Source of the DNA: Azolla caroliniana
Taxonomy: Eukaryota; Plantae; Polypodiophyta
Assembly: GCA_043228905.1 (NCBI GenBank)
Contig: JBHGNT010000014.1
Span: 1,736,001-1,800,000 of the forward strand
Reading direction: 5' to 3'
DNA length: 64,000 bases
Shown: in pieces, positions 36,500 to 49,188 of the stretch
Numbering within the stretch: the first letter of the stretch is position 1
Layout of the letters: the number at the start of each line of letters is the position of its first letter
Notes under the pieces: model-generated
Database searches by the model: none
Seen by the model: the letters and a program-made list of their open reading frames with translations, nothing else
What the model was told of the DNA's origin: nothing
Translations under genes and position numbers: made by a program

Positions 36500-37568
36500 C
36501 TCAACCCACTCGCGTGGTTTTCTTCTACCATCAGCATCTACTGCAGGTCGAAGAAGGAATGTGCTTCTCCCAGGTGCAGATCGCCGTCTGGATTGACCTG
36601 TACCATTGTGCTAGACCACCAAGGCAGATTTGTACCATTTCGTCTTCGTCCATCGTCACATTGATGGACCCGAGTGCGTCACAAATCTCCTTTATTTTGG
36701 TGGTGTACTCCGTAACTGGCATATCTCTTTGCCGGATGTTGTTCAGCTCTTGCCGGAGCTGCAACTTATAGGTTGTGGTACTTGCAGCGAAAATCTTCGG
36801 AAGATTTTCCCAGGCCTCCTTCAGCGTTTTTGCATCCTTGATGTAGCCATGCATTTGATCATGCACACACGATGCGAGGTAGTCCAACACTCTACTCGCT
36901 CCTTGTTCCCATAACGGGAAGTCCTTGTGTGCCGGCTCCAATGCTACATTGTTCATTCCTTCCACATAGCTTCAGTAACCATGCCCTAGTAGGTACTGGT
37001 GCATTTTATATGACCAGGATGCATAGTTTCTCCGGTCGACCTTTTCTATGGGAAGCGAACTTGTCACACCTTTGTCCATCTTGGTTCTCTTCTGTTCTTC
37101 ACCGAGTGTTAGGGTTTGTCTTTGAAAGCGTCTGTCGGCTGCAAAGGAGTCTCAACCCTCGCGCTCTAATACCATGTGAAAGTTAATATGCGGAAGCGTA
37201 TGACAAACCAGCTCAACCGAATACCAACAGAACGTAGAGAAGAAGGTTTATTAGAGACCTTACACAGAGAATACACGGGAGAGACCGAGAGAGCAGAACA
37301 TAAACACAATTCAAAATGATAATACACTCTATGCATAGAATGTGCTCAAAGAGCACTTTTATACAAGTCCATAAAAGACTGATAGGTACTTCAATGCTCA
37401 TACAAGCGATTGGCATTGACTCCCAAAATTAGGCCTACGTACTAGGCTAGATCCGTAGGCTTCTAACGGCCTACCGGTTTCAATCCGATCCGTCTCTCGG
37501 ATCCGGATACCAATCTGGGTCTGGCTTATTCAACCGATCCAGATCTAGTTGAGCTTGCTCACTCAACA
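36500..37568 (-). mobile_element. Ty1/copia 5' fragment: LTR (37175-37568), Met-type PBS, gag
   Basis: TGTTGAG...TTCACA LTR, PBS TGGTATTAGAGC, and gag QLRQELNNIRQ...EYTTKIKEICDAL. Confidence 0.85.
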
Positions 37569-39604
37569 AAATCTTCATTGTTCATTCAGCTGAGTCGGAC
37601 CGGACCGATTAGCATTATGCTATATGCCGATGATTTAGTCATCGCCAATGCAGACCTCGGAGAAATCGGCTGAGTAAGTCTCAACTTGCGGCATAATTCG
37701 AAATGAAGGATCCGGGGGACCTTCATTACATCCTCGAGATCGAAGTGAGCCGAACCCCCAAAGGCATATTGATCAACCAACGCCATTATGTGTTCAATAT
37801 GCTCTTCAAGTTCGGGATGGCGGATTGCAAATCTGTCTCAACCCCTCTGGACAAAAATGTGAATCTTTGCCAAGGTTCAAGAAAGGCGTGCAACCCGACA
37901 CGGTTCCGACAGATAGTCAGAAGCCTCATTTATTAGACGATCACTCGGTCGGACCTCAATTACCCGATCGGCATGATTAGTCAATTCATGTCGCACCCAG
38001 CCGAACACGTTCAGTGCGCGCAAAGGATATTGCAATATGTCAGCGGCACTAAGGATAGGGTGTTGCTATATTAGGCAGGAGTAGCCGAGAAGCTAGTCGG
38101 CTACATGGCAATTGGACCGGAAATGTCGGCGATCGCAGGTCAACATTTGGGTTCGCATTTTCACTAGGAAGCACCGCAATCGCCTAGAGCAGCAAAAAGC
38201 AGTCGACAATGTCAATGTCGAGCACAGAGGCCAAGTATCAAGGGGCGGTTGTCGCCACGCGCGAAGCCATTTGGCTCAAAAGGTTGTTGAAGGATCTACA
38301 TGTAGAGGTGTTTGAGCCAACAGTGATATACTACGACAACCTCAGCAACATCCCACTAGCAAAGAACCCTGTCTTCCACGCCCAAACAAAGCACATCAAG
38401 GTGCACTATCATTTTGTCCATGAGCGAGTCGTCTCCAGAGATGTCGAACTTCTTTATGTTCCAACTTATCGGCAGACATCCGATATCTTCACCAAACCCA
38501 TGGGCCTTGACAAGTTGTGACACTTTTCGAGTATGCTTGGCTTACAACATCTCGACATGCCAAACTTGAGGGGGAGGAATGAAGAAGGAAAGGAGAGAGG
38601 CGAAGTCCGAAAACCCGACTTGGATGAAGAATTCAAGTTCGGCATGGCTAAAGAAGTTGGAACGTTCGAATCGTCTAGAGAAGTTGAGGATGTGTGGGTA
38701 GATGAAGGAAGAGCATCTAAGCAAAGACTAGCCAGATCTAGGGGGGCGGCCGAAAGAAAGCGTTAAAACCAAAGCCAACCGAAAAAGGGGGAGGTACAAC
38801 CAACTCAGCGACAGTTGATTCGTTCATGAGTTGAAACGAATCGGAATCAGCCGATTCATTCGAAATGTTCGATTCGGAGGATCCGAATCGATTGGCCAAG
38901 CACTCAAGGAGGTAGCCAAAGCGGACGCCGACACGAAGGAGTCAACGGGTCGAGGGACGCCAATGCCGCAATAACAATGGAGCTTACTTGGGTCAAAGCA
39001 GCAAACAAGCCGATCGTAGGGGTCGATGTGCGCGGACCCAGACGGGTCGTGGGACGCAAGGCCGAATTGGATGAGGAGCACGGGCAAGGCGTCGGGATGC
39101 CAGGAGAGGCTGGAATGACGAACCAGCCAGAGCCGACACGGCGGGACCTCAAGTTGAGCTTGAGGGGGAGTGTTGAGAGACAAGCTCAACATGAGCCGAA
39201 TCGGTTGAAGAAGCCGAGAGCCGAGAGCCGAGGGTCGAGGGTCGGGGGCCAAATTGAATAGAGTTCGATTCAGGTAGGCCGAGTCGGAAGGATTCTGAAT
39301 GACCATTGAGGGCCTATATTCCTATAGGAATATTATCGGCAAAATTAGTGTAAGGCTCATTTATGAGCATTCTAGTACTAATGGTACTTGTGCCAGCCCA
39401 CTGGTTAGGGGCTTGTATAAAAAGTGCTCACTGAGCATAGTGTATGTACAGAGTGTTCATTATTTGTAATAGAAGTTGTTGTCTACTCTCTCTGTCTCTC
39501 TCTTACCATTCTCTGTGTTTACCTAACTATTAAGTTTCCGAAACCGACTGTGTACTCGGTCGGTGTCTATCGCACACGCTTCCACAGACATATTCAAGTT
39601 CACA
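37569..39604 (+). mobile_element. Ty1/copia 3' fragment: RT-RH, PPT, 3' LTR (39171-39604)
   Basis: LYADDL, SSTEAKY, KHIKVHYHFV and DIFTKP; PPT GAGGGGGAG before TGTTGAGAG...TTCACA. Confidence 0.85.
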
Positions 39605-39706
39605 TTGTGGAATGGAGAGGTTGAATGTATAACCAGACTAACTATTTTATTTTATTTATAATTAGCTTACCCTATTCAATGGTAAATTGTTAGACTACTA
39701 GCTCTA

Positions 39707-39977
39707 TGTTGACAGGAACTCAAACGCTCCTTATGCACAACGCTCGGCCACAACCGAGCTTAGAATCATACACAGAAAAACGGGAAATAAAACACGACAC
39801 GAAGAAGAAACGAGTGCACAGGATGTTTATGTGGAAAACCCAAAGAGGGAAAAACCACGGCAGCCCACAGGCTGCAAACTAGCACTATGCTAGAATGTAC
39901 AATAGTGAGTTCACGGAGGCAACGACCTCGTGCTCACGATCCTCGCCATAGGCGGCGGTTACAACAGAGGCAACGAC

Positions 39978-40009
<32 letters not shown>

Positions 40010-40370
40010 GTACATTGTTACGCGCTCACTCTATTCTTGCACCAACAAGAATAACAACCACGACTAACTACTAAAAGTTTGCCCTAAGTCATATTTATAC
40101 TAATATGACTTTTCGGCTATTTACAAATATAGCCTCAATGGACTCTCAGAAACATATTTACGAATATGTCTCTTCATCCGGTGAGCATTCCTCACCGGGT
40201 CTGCACCATCCGGCTCTCCGTAGTCAGGTACTCCTCATCCGGTCTTCACCGGGTCTGCACCATCCGGCTCTCCGTAGCCAGGTACTCGTCATACGGTTTC
40301 GGCCTCGGCCGAGTTTGTTCATCAGCACTGTTCTTCTCCTTTCCCATCCGGAGGGACCTATCTCCCAACA
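39707..40370 (-). mobile_element. Isolated LTR related to the copia LTR at 19975
   Basis: Minus strand TGTTGGGAGATAGGTCCCTCCGGATGG...TATTAGTATAAATATGAC...(GA)n...TGTGGCCGAG...CAACA matches 19975-20585. No TSD seen. Confidence 0.8.
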
Positions 40371-40568
40371 TATGTTTTGGGTTTGACACCCAATTTTCTC
40401 AAGTTTCTATTACTCCACACATATCTTCTTAATTTACTTGATGCCATTGTGGAATTTATCAAATTTAGTAGACACATTTTTCAATGTAGGGTTGGATGCA
40501 TGACCTTTTGGTCTTTGGCAATGTTACTAATTCACCTATATCTATCCAAGGCTTTATAGTTTTGTCAA

Positions 40569-40641
40569 GTTGTCTTAGCTCTCTCAGTAGAGCACGTGGC
40601 TTTTAACCACATGGTCGTGGGTTTGATTCCCATAGATGGCA
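40569..40641 (+). pseudogene. tRNA-Lys(UUU) pseudogene
   Basis: 73 nt with anticodon arm GTGG-CTTTTAA-CCAC and T arm GTGGG-TTTGATT-CCCAT. The D arm and T loop are damaged by transition mutations. Confidence 0.8.
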
Positions 40642-42189
40642 ACATTTCCTCTCTCCCATGGATCAATTTTTGGCATCTATATTTGATGATGTTGAAAAGA
40701 ATCTAATCTAACTAATATTTGGCCTCTCTCATTGAGAGAGAAGAAATGAGATTAGATACTTTTTAGCATATGGCATTCTCTCTCGATCAATTTCCTAGGT
40801 GTAATTGTGGATCGTAGAGGTAGAACTCACAACCGTCTAGTCTTTCTCGGACAACTTTACCAACTGCTCTCTCTCACCATTATCTTAGGGCTTATGGAAG
40901 TTTGAACCTTGTCATGGGCTAGACCCATCTCATAGATTGCAATCAATCATTGTGGATGTTAAAAAGGTAGTTATCTATTTATAGCTAAGAAGACCATCGC
41001 ATGCAAACCCTAAATTTCTTATATTTATATGTAGTCTAAACTTTTCACACTTATTCACCTAAATGGTCTTTACCTCTGGTGTAGTCGTTTTTGCTCACCC
41101 TAAGGGTTTGCCCGACTCATGGGGATAGGCTCTCTTGAAGTAGATGAATCCTTTGATTATTGGTATCTTCCGTGATCTACATATCCAAGATATGGTTTCT
41201 ACCTTCCAAACACTTCTTGTCAAATTTTGAGCTTAGATTCCACTTTAGAGCCCAAATGTTGTCCATCAATTTTCTACCAATCAACATGTCAATCACATAG
41301 AACGAGTAGAATTAGGCTATTCTCGAACATCACTTTGTACATATGCAAAAATCATCTTTGTTGTGATGAAATGGTTCCAGCTTTATGAGTAAGTTCAACA
41401 TTTGGTAATTTCATGAATAAGTCCAATGTTTGGTACCACTCTTGAAGGATTGGTTCACACCATATAAGTTGTTTTGTAGCCGAAAACACATCTTCTATTT
41501 TTTGGGTTTGGAAAAACCAATGAGTTGCTTTATAAAAATCTCCTCAACATCTCTATGAAGAAATGTGATCTTCCCATCCACGACAATTTCAAGCAACATG
41601 CACAACATCATTATCTTTATCATCAAGGAGAATTATTCATTGAAATCAATCCCATATTGCTACTTCAATCCCTTGGTGACAAGTCAAGCTTTGTTCTCCA
41701 TGTGTTTGAACACATTGCATACAAGAATTTCTTGGATGAAGTATGAATTAAGCTCAATCCAAAGTTATAATAGTGTATGTTTGCGGGTTACTCACTTGAA
41801 CATAAGGGGTACTAGTGCCACAACCCCTCCACGATCCACTTTGGGTAAAAGGAATGGATGAACAGATGAAAGTTCTCCACAAAAATGTGAATTGGAACTT
41901 CATTCCATCTCCACCACACATGAAAGACATCGGTCTTCAACGTTATACAAGGTAAGAAAAATTGTGGCAATTCCATCAATCATAACAACAATTGCTCATT
42001 GCCAAGGGTTATGCATAAATCTACAACATTGAATATGATGGCACCTCTGTTTCAATTGCAAACAGGATCACCTTGCAACCTAAATGACTACTTATTAAAA
42101 TGAAGGGAATGCAACTCCATCACATGGATATGAAAGCTATAAATTCCTCCAAAGAGAGGTAGAGAAAGAGATATAAATGCAACAACCAC

Positions 42190-43266
42190 CCAAATTTAAC
42201 AAGGAATCCCACTCATGCAGGGTACGTGTCCTACTGGAGTGGGACCATGGAGGACCTGAACCGTTCTCCAAGTTAATGAAAGACAACGATGTGAATGTAT
42301 GAGTTCAGGTAAACAATGGTACACTTGAGAAGAAGACGATGATGAAGAATATGATGATGATGATACCACCAAAATGAGCCTCCCCCCTATCACATTCTAG
42401 GCTCGAACCTCTAACTTTTAACACATAGAATACATTGTGTTGTGTTAACCATATGGAAACTCTTGTGAATTGTTCACATTAGATTGTGAACTTGTATATG
42501 TTGTAGAGTCTAGTGTATAGTACATTCGAGAATATTCTAGTCGTTGGTATATTCTAGAATTATTCTGTGGTATATTCTAAACGGGTATATTCTCGAGATA
42601 TTTCTCGAGTATATTCTAGAGATATGCAATCTCGGAAATTGTATAAATACTTGTAACATCCTTGGTCCCTTTCAAGGGATTCAACACCAGTAATTGATGC
42701 ATCAATCTAGTATTCTCGTTTCGCCTCATCTTTGTCTCCTTGATCTTTATTTTTGTCTTCATGCCCTCATGCCGCTCACAACATCTAGAGTTCCTAGCCT
42801 CGTCACATCTAGCTCCAAGTTCGTCCTAGTTCAGTCCTAGTTCGGCCCCATCATCTGTGCTCCGTCCTAGTCCGCGCTTGGTGTGTCCGTGACAATTTGA
42901 ATCCCCCTCCCCCCCCATACACAAGCCCTACTAGGGTCTTATATAGTACCTCAAACCCATGTAAACCATGGGTTCTTTTAGGATAACTATGGTTACTTTA
43001 TCAAAACCATTGGCTTCGTGGCATGCGCAAAACCATGGACATCCAACATTGAACCCATGGTTTTCGTGTACATGGTTTTGTTTTAGTTGTTTTCTATGCA
43101 ATTTTAATATGTAAAGTGATTTGTGAAAAACAAAACACTCACTAGTAGCTACCATATTGGTAAATACAATTGTGTCATTCCTTGAAGGTGTAAGGTTCAA
43201 ACCTTGATTCCTTGAAGGTGCAAGGTATACGTGGTGGTTTCACACTGTGTCAAAAACATCACGACA
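42190..43266 (-). mobile_element. Degenerate LTR of the 16983-17594 family, containing a nested plus-strand LTR (~42420-42894) of the 9274 family
   Basis: Shares TACACAAGCCC.ACTAG, AAACCATGG repeats, GGTTCAAACC and the end GGTTTCACAC...TCACGACA. The nested piece ends GTGTGTCCGTGACA. Confidence 0.65.
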
Positions 43267-43269
43267 ATG

Positions 43270-44350
43270 TTAGATTGAAGAAGTTGTTGTATGTCCTCAA
43301 ACAAGCATCGAGATAGTGGAATTTCAAGATCACATAGAACTTACATCATGTCATCTTTTGTGTGTTGACGTTAGACACCTTGTATGTCTTAGATATGAGC
43401 CCTCAAGGTACTACATTCATTCTCTTGTATGGGGATGACCTCGTAATTAGAGGAGAACACTTTATTAGCATCAAGAAATTAAAGACTACTCATTGCCAAG
43501 CTCAAAATGAATTATACAAATGAACTTCACTACTTCCTTGGTATGGGGTCATGTATGCACTCTCCCAAGGTTACATCTTAAGTTTGTTGTTCAGATTTGG
43601 CACGTCAAGTTGTACCTTGATCATGACCTTGCTTGATTGCAGCTTGAAGATATAAGTTCCCTAAAGCTCTACGATTCACGATCGAACACAATGTTGGCAA
43701 ATAATTGGAATCATTATCTATTTTGTGAAAAAAAACCTCAACTTTTGGTATATGGTAGGCTTTTTTTGCCAATTCATGTGAGCATTGTGAGACAGGCACT
43801 TGGATTGCGCTAAGCGAATGATGGCATGCAAACCAGAACATATTTTACAAACTAGGAGTTTTGGTCTAACGAGAAGGTTACATGGTCACCGATTAGATTG
43901 GAAATATAAATGATCATTTACCTTCTCACTGGAATTGATGTTATTTCTTGGAGCAATAAATGCAACCATGTGTGGCTCTATCGAGCATAAGATATTGAAT
44001 TAATGTGGTTCACGCCATGCTTCAATCCTTAAAGATCTCAAAATCCCAATCGATGTCTAATACAACTTTCTTTCAATAATCTTAACAACATATAATTGGA
44101 CCGTATGGGCCATCTATTCCATGTATGTACGAAGCACATTGAGATGTACTACCACTACATCCAACAATGAATCGTGTTTAAATATGTTGATCCTATCTAG
44201 CATTCTCTAATTGCCAAATCATGTATACATATATTTACAAAAATGCTTGAGCAAACGAACTTGAACCATTTTTTGTGAGATAACAAGCGTAGCCACACTT
44301 TATTTGTGAACGCACTCATTGGGGCACATGTAGGAGATGCCTTTTGCATT
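43270..44350 (+). mobile_element. Highly degenerate copia RT/RH remnant
   Basis: Residual motifs ILLYGDDLVI, HYFLGM and KHIEMYYHY. Confidence 0.6.
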
Positions 44351-45299
44351 GAATGAATAAGATGCCTTAAATACCCCACTCACTCTCCTTTCATTACTAA
44401 ATTGCTCCTAACTTTTATGTGTACTTCCAAAGGAATTCTATTAAAACAAAGCCCCCACTTTTGTATAAATTGTTGATACTAATTAAGGGAAAGAATGGCA
44501 TATTCTTTGGTTTTAACAACCCTATGCATAGAATTTTGGTAGATATGATGACACGACTGCAACGGATGTTTTGGGTTTCTCCGATGAGGATTTGCATGAC
44601 AATCGTATCATTAATTCTCAAGAAGCATGCATTCTTGATCTAAAATATTGAGCATAAGTCAAATATAAGAAACATGACAATATTGTATTTAATATGTGAG
44701 AAACTACTCTTTATTAAGAGCAATGTTATGCCTAATGGGTTGTAGTATGGAAACAACTCTTTCAGATTTTTAACTTTATAAAAAGGCAATGTAAAAATGA
44801 TGTTTGGGTGCCCTAACTTAGGGGCTACCTTTTGGTCATCATTCTCTCGCCTTTGCATCCTTTAAGAGCCAGTTTCCTCCACATAGCTTTTCCACACTAG
44901 TTAATTGAGATATAATGTAATATACTTTGCAATAATATATTTGAGTAAGACACTTTTTGTGTTTCTTATCAGGTGTAATTTCCGGGGTACATTACGACAT
45001 GATATTTCACTCGTACGGGCCAGCAAATCCTCGATCTTTAAGAAATGGGCGGCTATGCTCTACTTATATTGAAGTCATTCTATATAGAGTCCAAGAGTCC
45101 ATTCGGGTGATCCCTAAGTTGCACATTCGGTAGTTGACTCGTTGTTTGGTACTACGTACACAAAACCTGCTTATTTAATTTAAGACAAACACGTTCCTTT
45201 GCTAAATTAAGTGCATTTTAGCGTTAGCTTAACTGAAGAAGCCTTGGACACTTGTACAATTGCAAGGAATAAAGAAGTCAGTGCTTCCAAGTGTTGATG

Positions 45300-45960
45300 T
45301 ATAAAAAGGTCTCTACTAGTTGGGAAAGACACCCCCTAATCCCTCGATATAAGTCTACTTTTAAACTTTGCAAATAACTAGTTGGACAATCAACCTCCAA
45401 TGCAATATCAATTATTGACATAAGGATCCCTATGCTTTCTTCATCTCTCACAACATTGACATTCTAATGTATGCCTTTTTGTTTGACAGTTTCTAGATTG
45501 ATATCATGTAACAAGTACACAACATCCTTTTAGTAAGTTAGAAGAACCGTATGCATCATGTTAGGAGTGTAGCCATCTTGCTCTCCTATTAACAATCAAA
45601 CTTGAGTTCTCTCAATGTTATTTGGATGCTCCGGTGCAAACTACAACCCAAGAGCAAACAAGAGAATGCAATCAAAGATTACTTCGAATAAAGAGGGTCC
45701 TTCGTGAAGAATAAGGGAGCGAATAGCATTAGCAACCATCAAGAGAGTTGCATAGATGAGATTGCTACATCTCAATAGGAGTCTTCTTTTGATGTCCAAC
45801 TTCAAGAGGACATATTTGGGTGCCATATGGGATTGCTAGTAGTAAACATTTGGTTGCCATATTGTTTTTGCGACTAGCAAATTCACCATATCGTGTGCAT
45901 GAATGGAAAATACTTTTCAAATTTGCCCTGACTAAAATTAAACCCTTCAATTGGATTTTC
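45300..45960 (-). mobile_element. Possible degenerate LINE RT remnant
   Basis: YVLLKLDIKR resembles the L1 RT LKLD.K.A motif; no intact frame. Confidence 0.3.
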
Positions 45961-48411
45961 AAATGTTATGCCAAACAAAAGAAACATCAAATTGCAATCG
46001 CACAATTCAAATGTTAGGCAACTTCAAAATCAGCCGGTGCACTGAAGAACAAACAATAATTCTAGACACGCCGAAATCCTCTATGTAAAACAAAGAAAGA
46101 TTATGACATTCAAGACTGGTTTTTATCGCCTACAAAGATTTCACATATTACAAAATATATGAAACTAACACTCTGATGCATCTACAACTTGATCATACTC
46201 CTGATGTGGCAAGGATTCGGGCATATCTTGTGGTAAAAAATGCTTCAGAATTACAAGAACGCATCATAACCTCAGGGCTCTGTGTTGTCTGAAGTTAAAT
46301 ATGGATTGATCCCGACTGGAAATGAGATGAATCCACTCTGATAAAGGAAAAAAATCACATGTCAGTATAGATGCTTCTCAAACTTTAGATAAAGCACCTG
46401 GAGAAGAGATGATTTGTATAAATTCAATAGCTCTAGTAGATGATAATAATGACATCTGAGAACAATGACATCAAAAATTTGAATACATATACATAACAAT
46501 GAATGCAATATGCATATCTTTCCTGACAAAGATTCATAGAAACCCTAAAATGAACATCTAAAGAAGATAAATGAAAAAGAGATCACGCATTCTACAAACA
46601 TAAACCAGAAAATCACCATGAAAAATACATATACTATTTTATGTTTATGATAGTGTGGTATGAGAACTCTGAGATACAAGTGATGATCAAAATAAGATTC
46701 ATAAGTGAGGGCTACAGAAACCACAAGAAAGATACCTCATTTTATGACAGTGCAGTGCATAGTACGTAAACTTCGTGTTCATCTAGAAAAACATTCGTTT
46801 TCCTACATTGGAAAACGAATGCGAATGTTATTCAAACATTCTTGTGTCTTTTTTGTTTTTTTCCCATTTTTTAGGCTTATTTACCTCATAATAAATAGTT
46901 AATCCAAAAGTATGGTATTTATCATTCTTTGAGGGTGTTTTTCTTACGCGAATGATTAAAACATTCGCGGATGCGAATGCACGTATGGTTCATACTATGG
47001 TGCAATGTGAGAATCGCCAGAAATTCCAGTCAGTGCTCATCATTGGAGCTCATTGTTTTCACATTCATACACTATTGTATCTTCCTTGGTGCATATGTTT
47101 AGGATTATTTTTGCATGGGCTCTTCACAGTTTCGAAGTCTTCCTACGTCCCATTTCTTTTTCTTGTTAGGGTTTCCATGGCACAAATCTATGAATCTTAT
47201 GCTCATTTCAACTCATCATCATATGCAATCAGATCTTATTGTGTGATCAATGATACAATATTGGATCCTTTTTTGGTATTGGTGTAACTCATTTTTAGTC
47301 CGTGACGTTCTTGGTTTAAATTCATCGAAGCACACAAATGGCAAATTAATTGGCCTTTAAAAGATATTGCCGGTTTTCTACCATGCAAAAGAAAAATGGC
47401 AAGATAGAAAAACAGGATTACTATGGCAGGCATTCCCTGGATTTCTACTATTAGAGGGGAAAATAACAAACCAAAAATTCAAAAGAGATCCAAAAACTAA
47501 GAGCGTGATAAATTTGGTTGTCACATTTATAAATGGGAGGAATTTTTTTGGCGTATTACCCATATATGCAGACAGAGTGAGGCATATATTAATGTATGAT
47601 TGTTCTCTCAATCATACATTAATTTATCTTCCTTATACATTACCCGGAGTTCATTGTTCTCAACGATTATACATTATTGTATCTTTCAGGGGTTACATGT
47701 ACATGGACTCTATTCTACTTGTAAATGCAAGGTATTCAACAAATATATGTAGCCATAAATACTTTGTGCAGATCAAGCTATATTAGAAAGTTTTACATTA
47801 GTAGAGACACTAACATAGCAAAAATGGATATATCGTCTTCTTCCTTCTACATTAGCATAAGAGAGGTACACTAATGCAGAAAAACAGGTGTATCTTTTTT
47901 GTTACACATTGACATAAAAAAGATACACTAATGTGGCAACTTGAGCGTGTCTTCCGTATCCATTGGTCTAAGAAACATACCCAATGTAGCAAAAATGAGT
48001 CATGTACACATATCATGGGACATATAGCCATATCTAGTCTTCAGTCAATCCAGGGCTATCATGCAACAATGTAATGCAGTTTTTAATCAGTCTTTGGATA
48101 TCATCTAATGATGTAATTCAATATCCAATCCATCCACAGGTATAACAAAACCTAAACTCAATGCGAGAAATTCAAACTTGCTTTACCTCATCTATGCAAT
48201 TCTACATTTTCTTCTCCTGCTCATGAATAGAATAATAGAAAACAAAACAAAGAAATACAGGAAGATGGAAGCAAGTAAAAAGAATCATATGCACACATAA
48301 TATAATCAAAGACAGGAAGATGAAACAAAGTACAAAGAATCATATGCAGGCATAATATAAATCAAAGAGACAAAGGAGACGATTATTGATACATTACCAG
48401 GTTAAAGCTAA

Positions 48412-48870
48412 TTAAGCCAAAGAGGAAGCAAGAGATTCTAATGGCGGAAGATCCTCTTCTGAAGCCCTGCCTTTGCTGACAATCTCCGAGACAACGAAAG
48501 ACTTGGTCTTGCTGATAGGACGGCAAGGAGTGAGGAAGACGAAGTCCCCTACTTTACACACGTTCTCTTCGTCATGGGCATGGTAGTTCTTGGAGGATTT
48601 GATCCGCTTCTTGTACTTAGGGTGGATGTAGAGGCGGACCACTTCCACGGCCACAGTCTTGTCGTTGGATGCGCAGACGACCTTGCCTTTGATCTTCTTG
48701 CTGGCCTCTATCAGGAGGGGTGTGGGAGACCGACAAGAAGAAGAAGAAGAAGAAGAAGAAGAAGAAGAGAGGGAAAGCTTCTGCCCTGTGATGCTTGAAG
48801 TGTAGAAGCGGGAGGAGGAGGAGGAAGAAGAAGAAGGTATTAGAGAAGAAGCCATCATCGCCATAGCCAT
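48412..48870 (-). CDS. PRPS17: Plastid 30S ribosomal protein S17 with Ser-rich transit peptide
   Basis: KKIKGKVVCASNDKTVAVEVVRLYIHPKYKKRIK...YHAHDE...CKVGD...CRPISKTKSF; intronless. Confidence 0.95.
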   Translation of the reverse strand: MAMAMMASSLIPSSSSSSSSRFYTSSITGQKLSLSSSSSSSSSSSCRSPTPLLIEASKKIKGKVVCASNDKTVAVEVVRLYIHPKYKKRIKSSKNYHAHDEENVCKVGDFVFLTPCRPISKTKSFVVSEIVSKGRASEEDLPPLESLASSLA

Positions 48871-48890
48871 AGGAGCTCTGCACACTCTGC

Positions 48891-48926
<36 letters not shown>

Positions 48927-49188
48927 AGAGGAATTGAAGATAAGAGAAGAAGAGAGAAGAAGAGGCCTCCTTTCATTTTTCTTGAGAATCCACAAGACAA
49001 AACACACTTTGAAAGGCTTCCCCGTTTCACACTTGGGCAGTGCAAGCCAGGCCAGGCCAACCCAGGGCTCATTCATACGATCGATCGATCGATCTGTGCC
49101 TGCATATGTGGACTTATGTATCATCGATCCTCGCCAACGTATATACGTACGTATTATACAATCGATACATTTTGATCTATGCTCGCGT

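Noticed and set aside
46900-47800. Short ORFs and splice-like signals downstream of PRPS17
   Set aside because: No coherent gene model or protein family.
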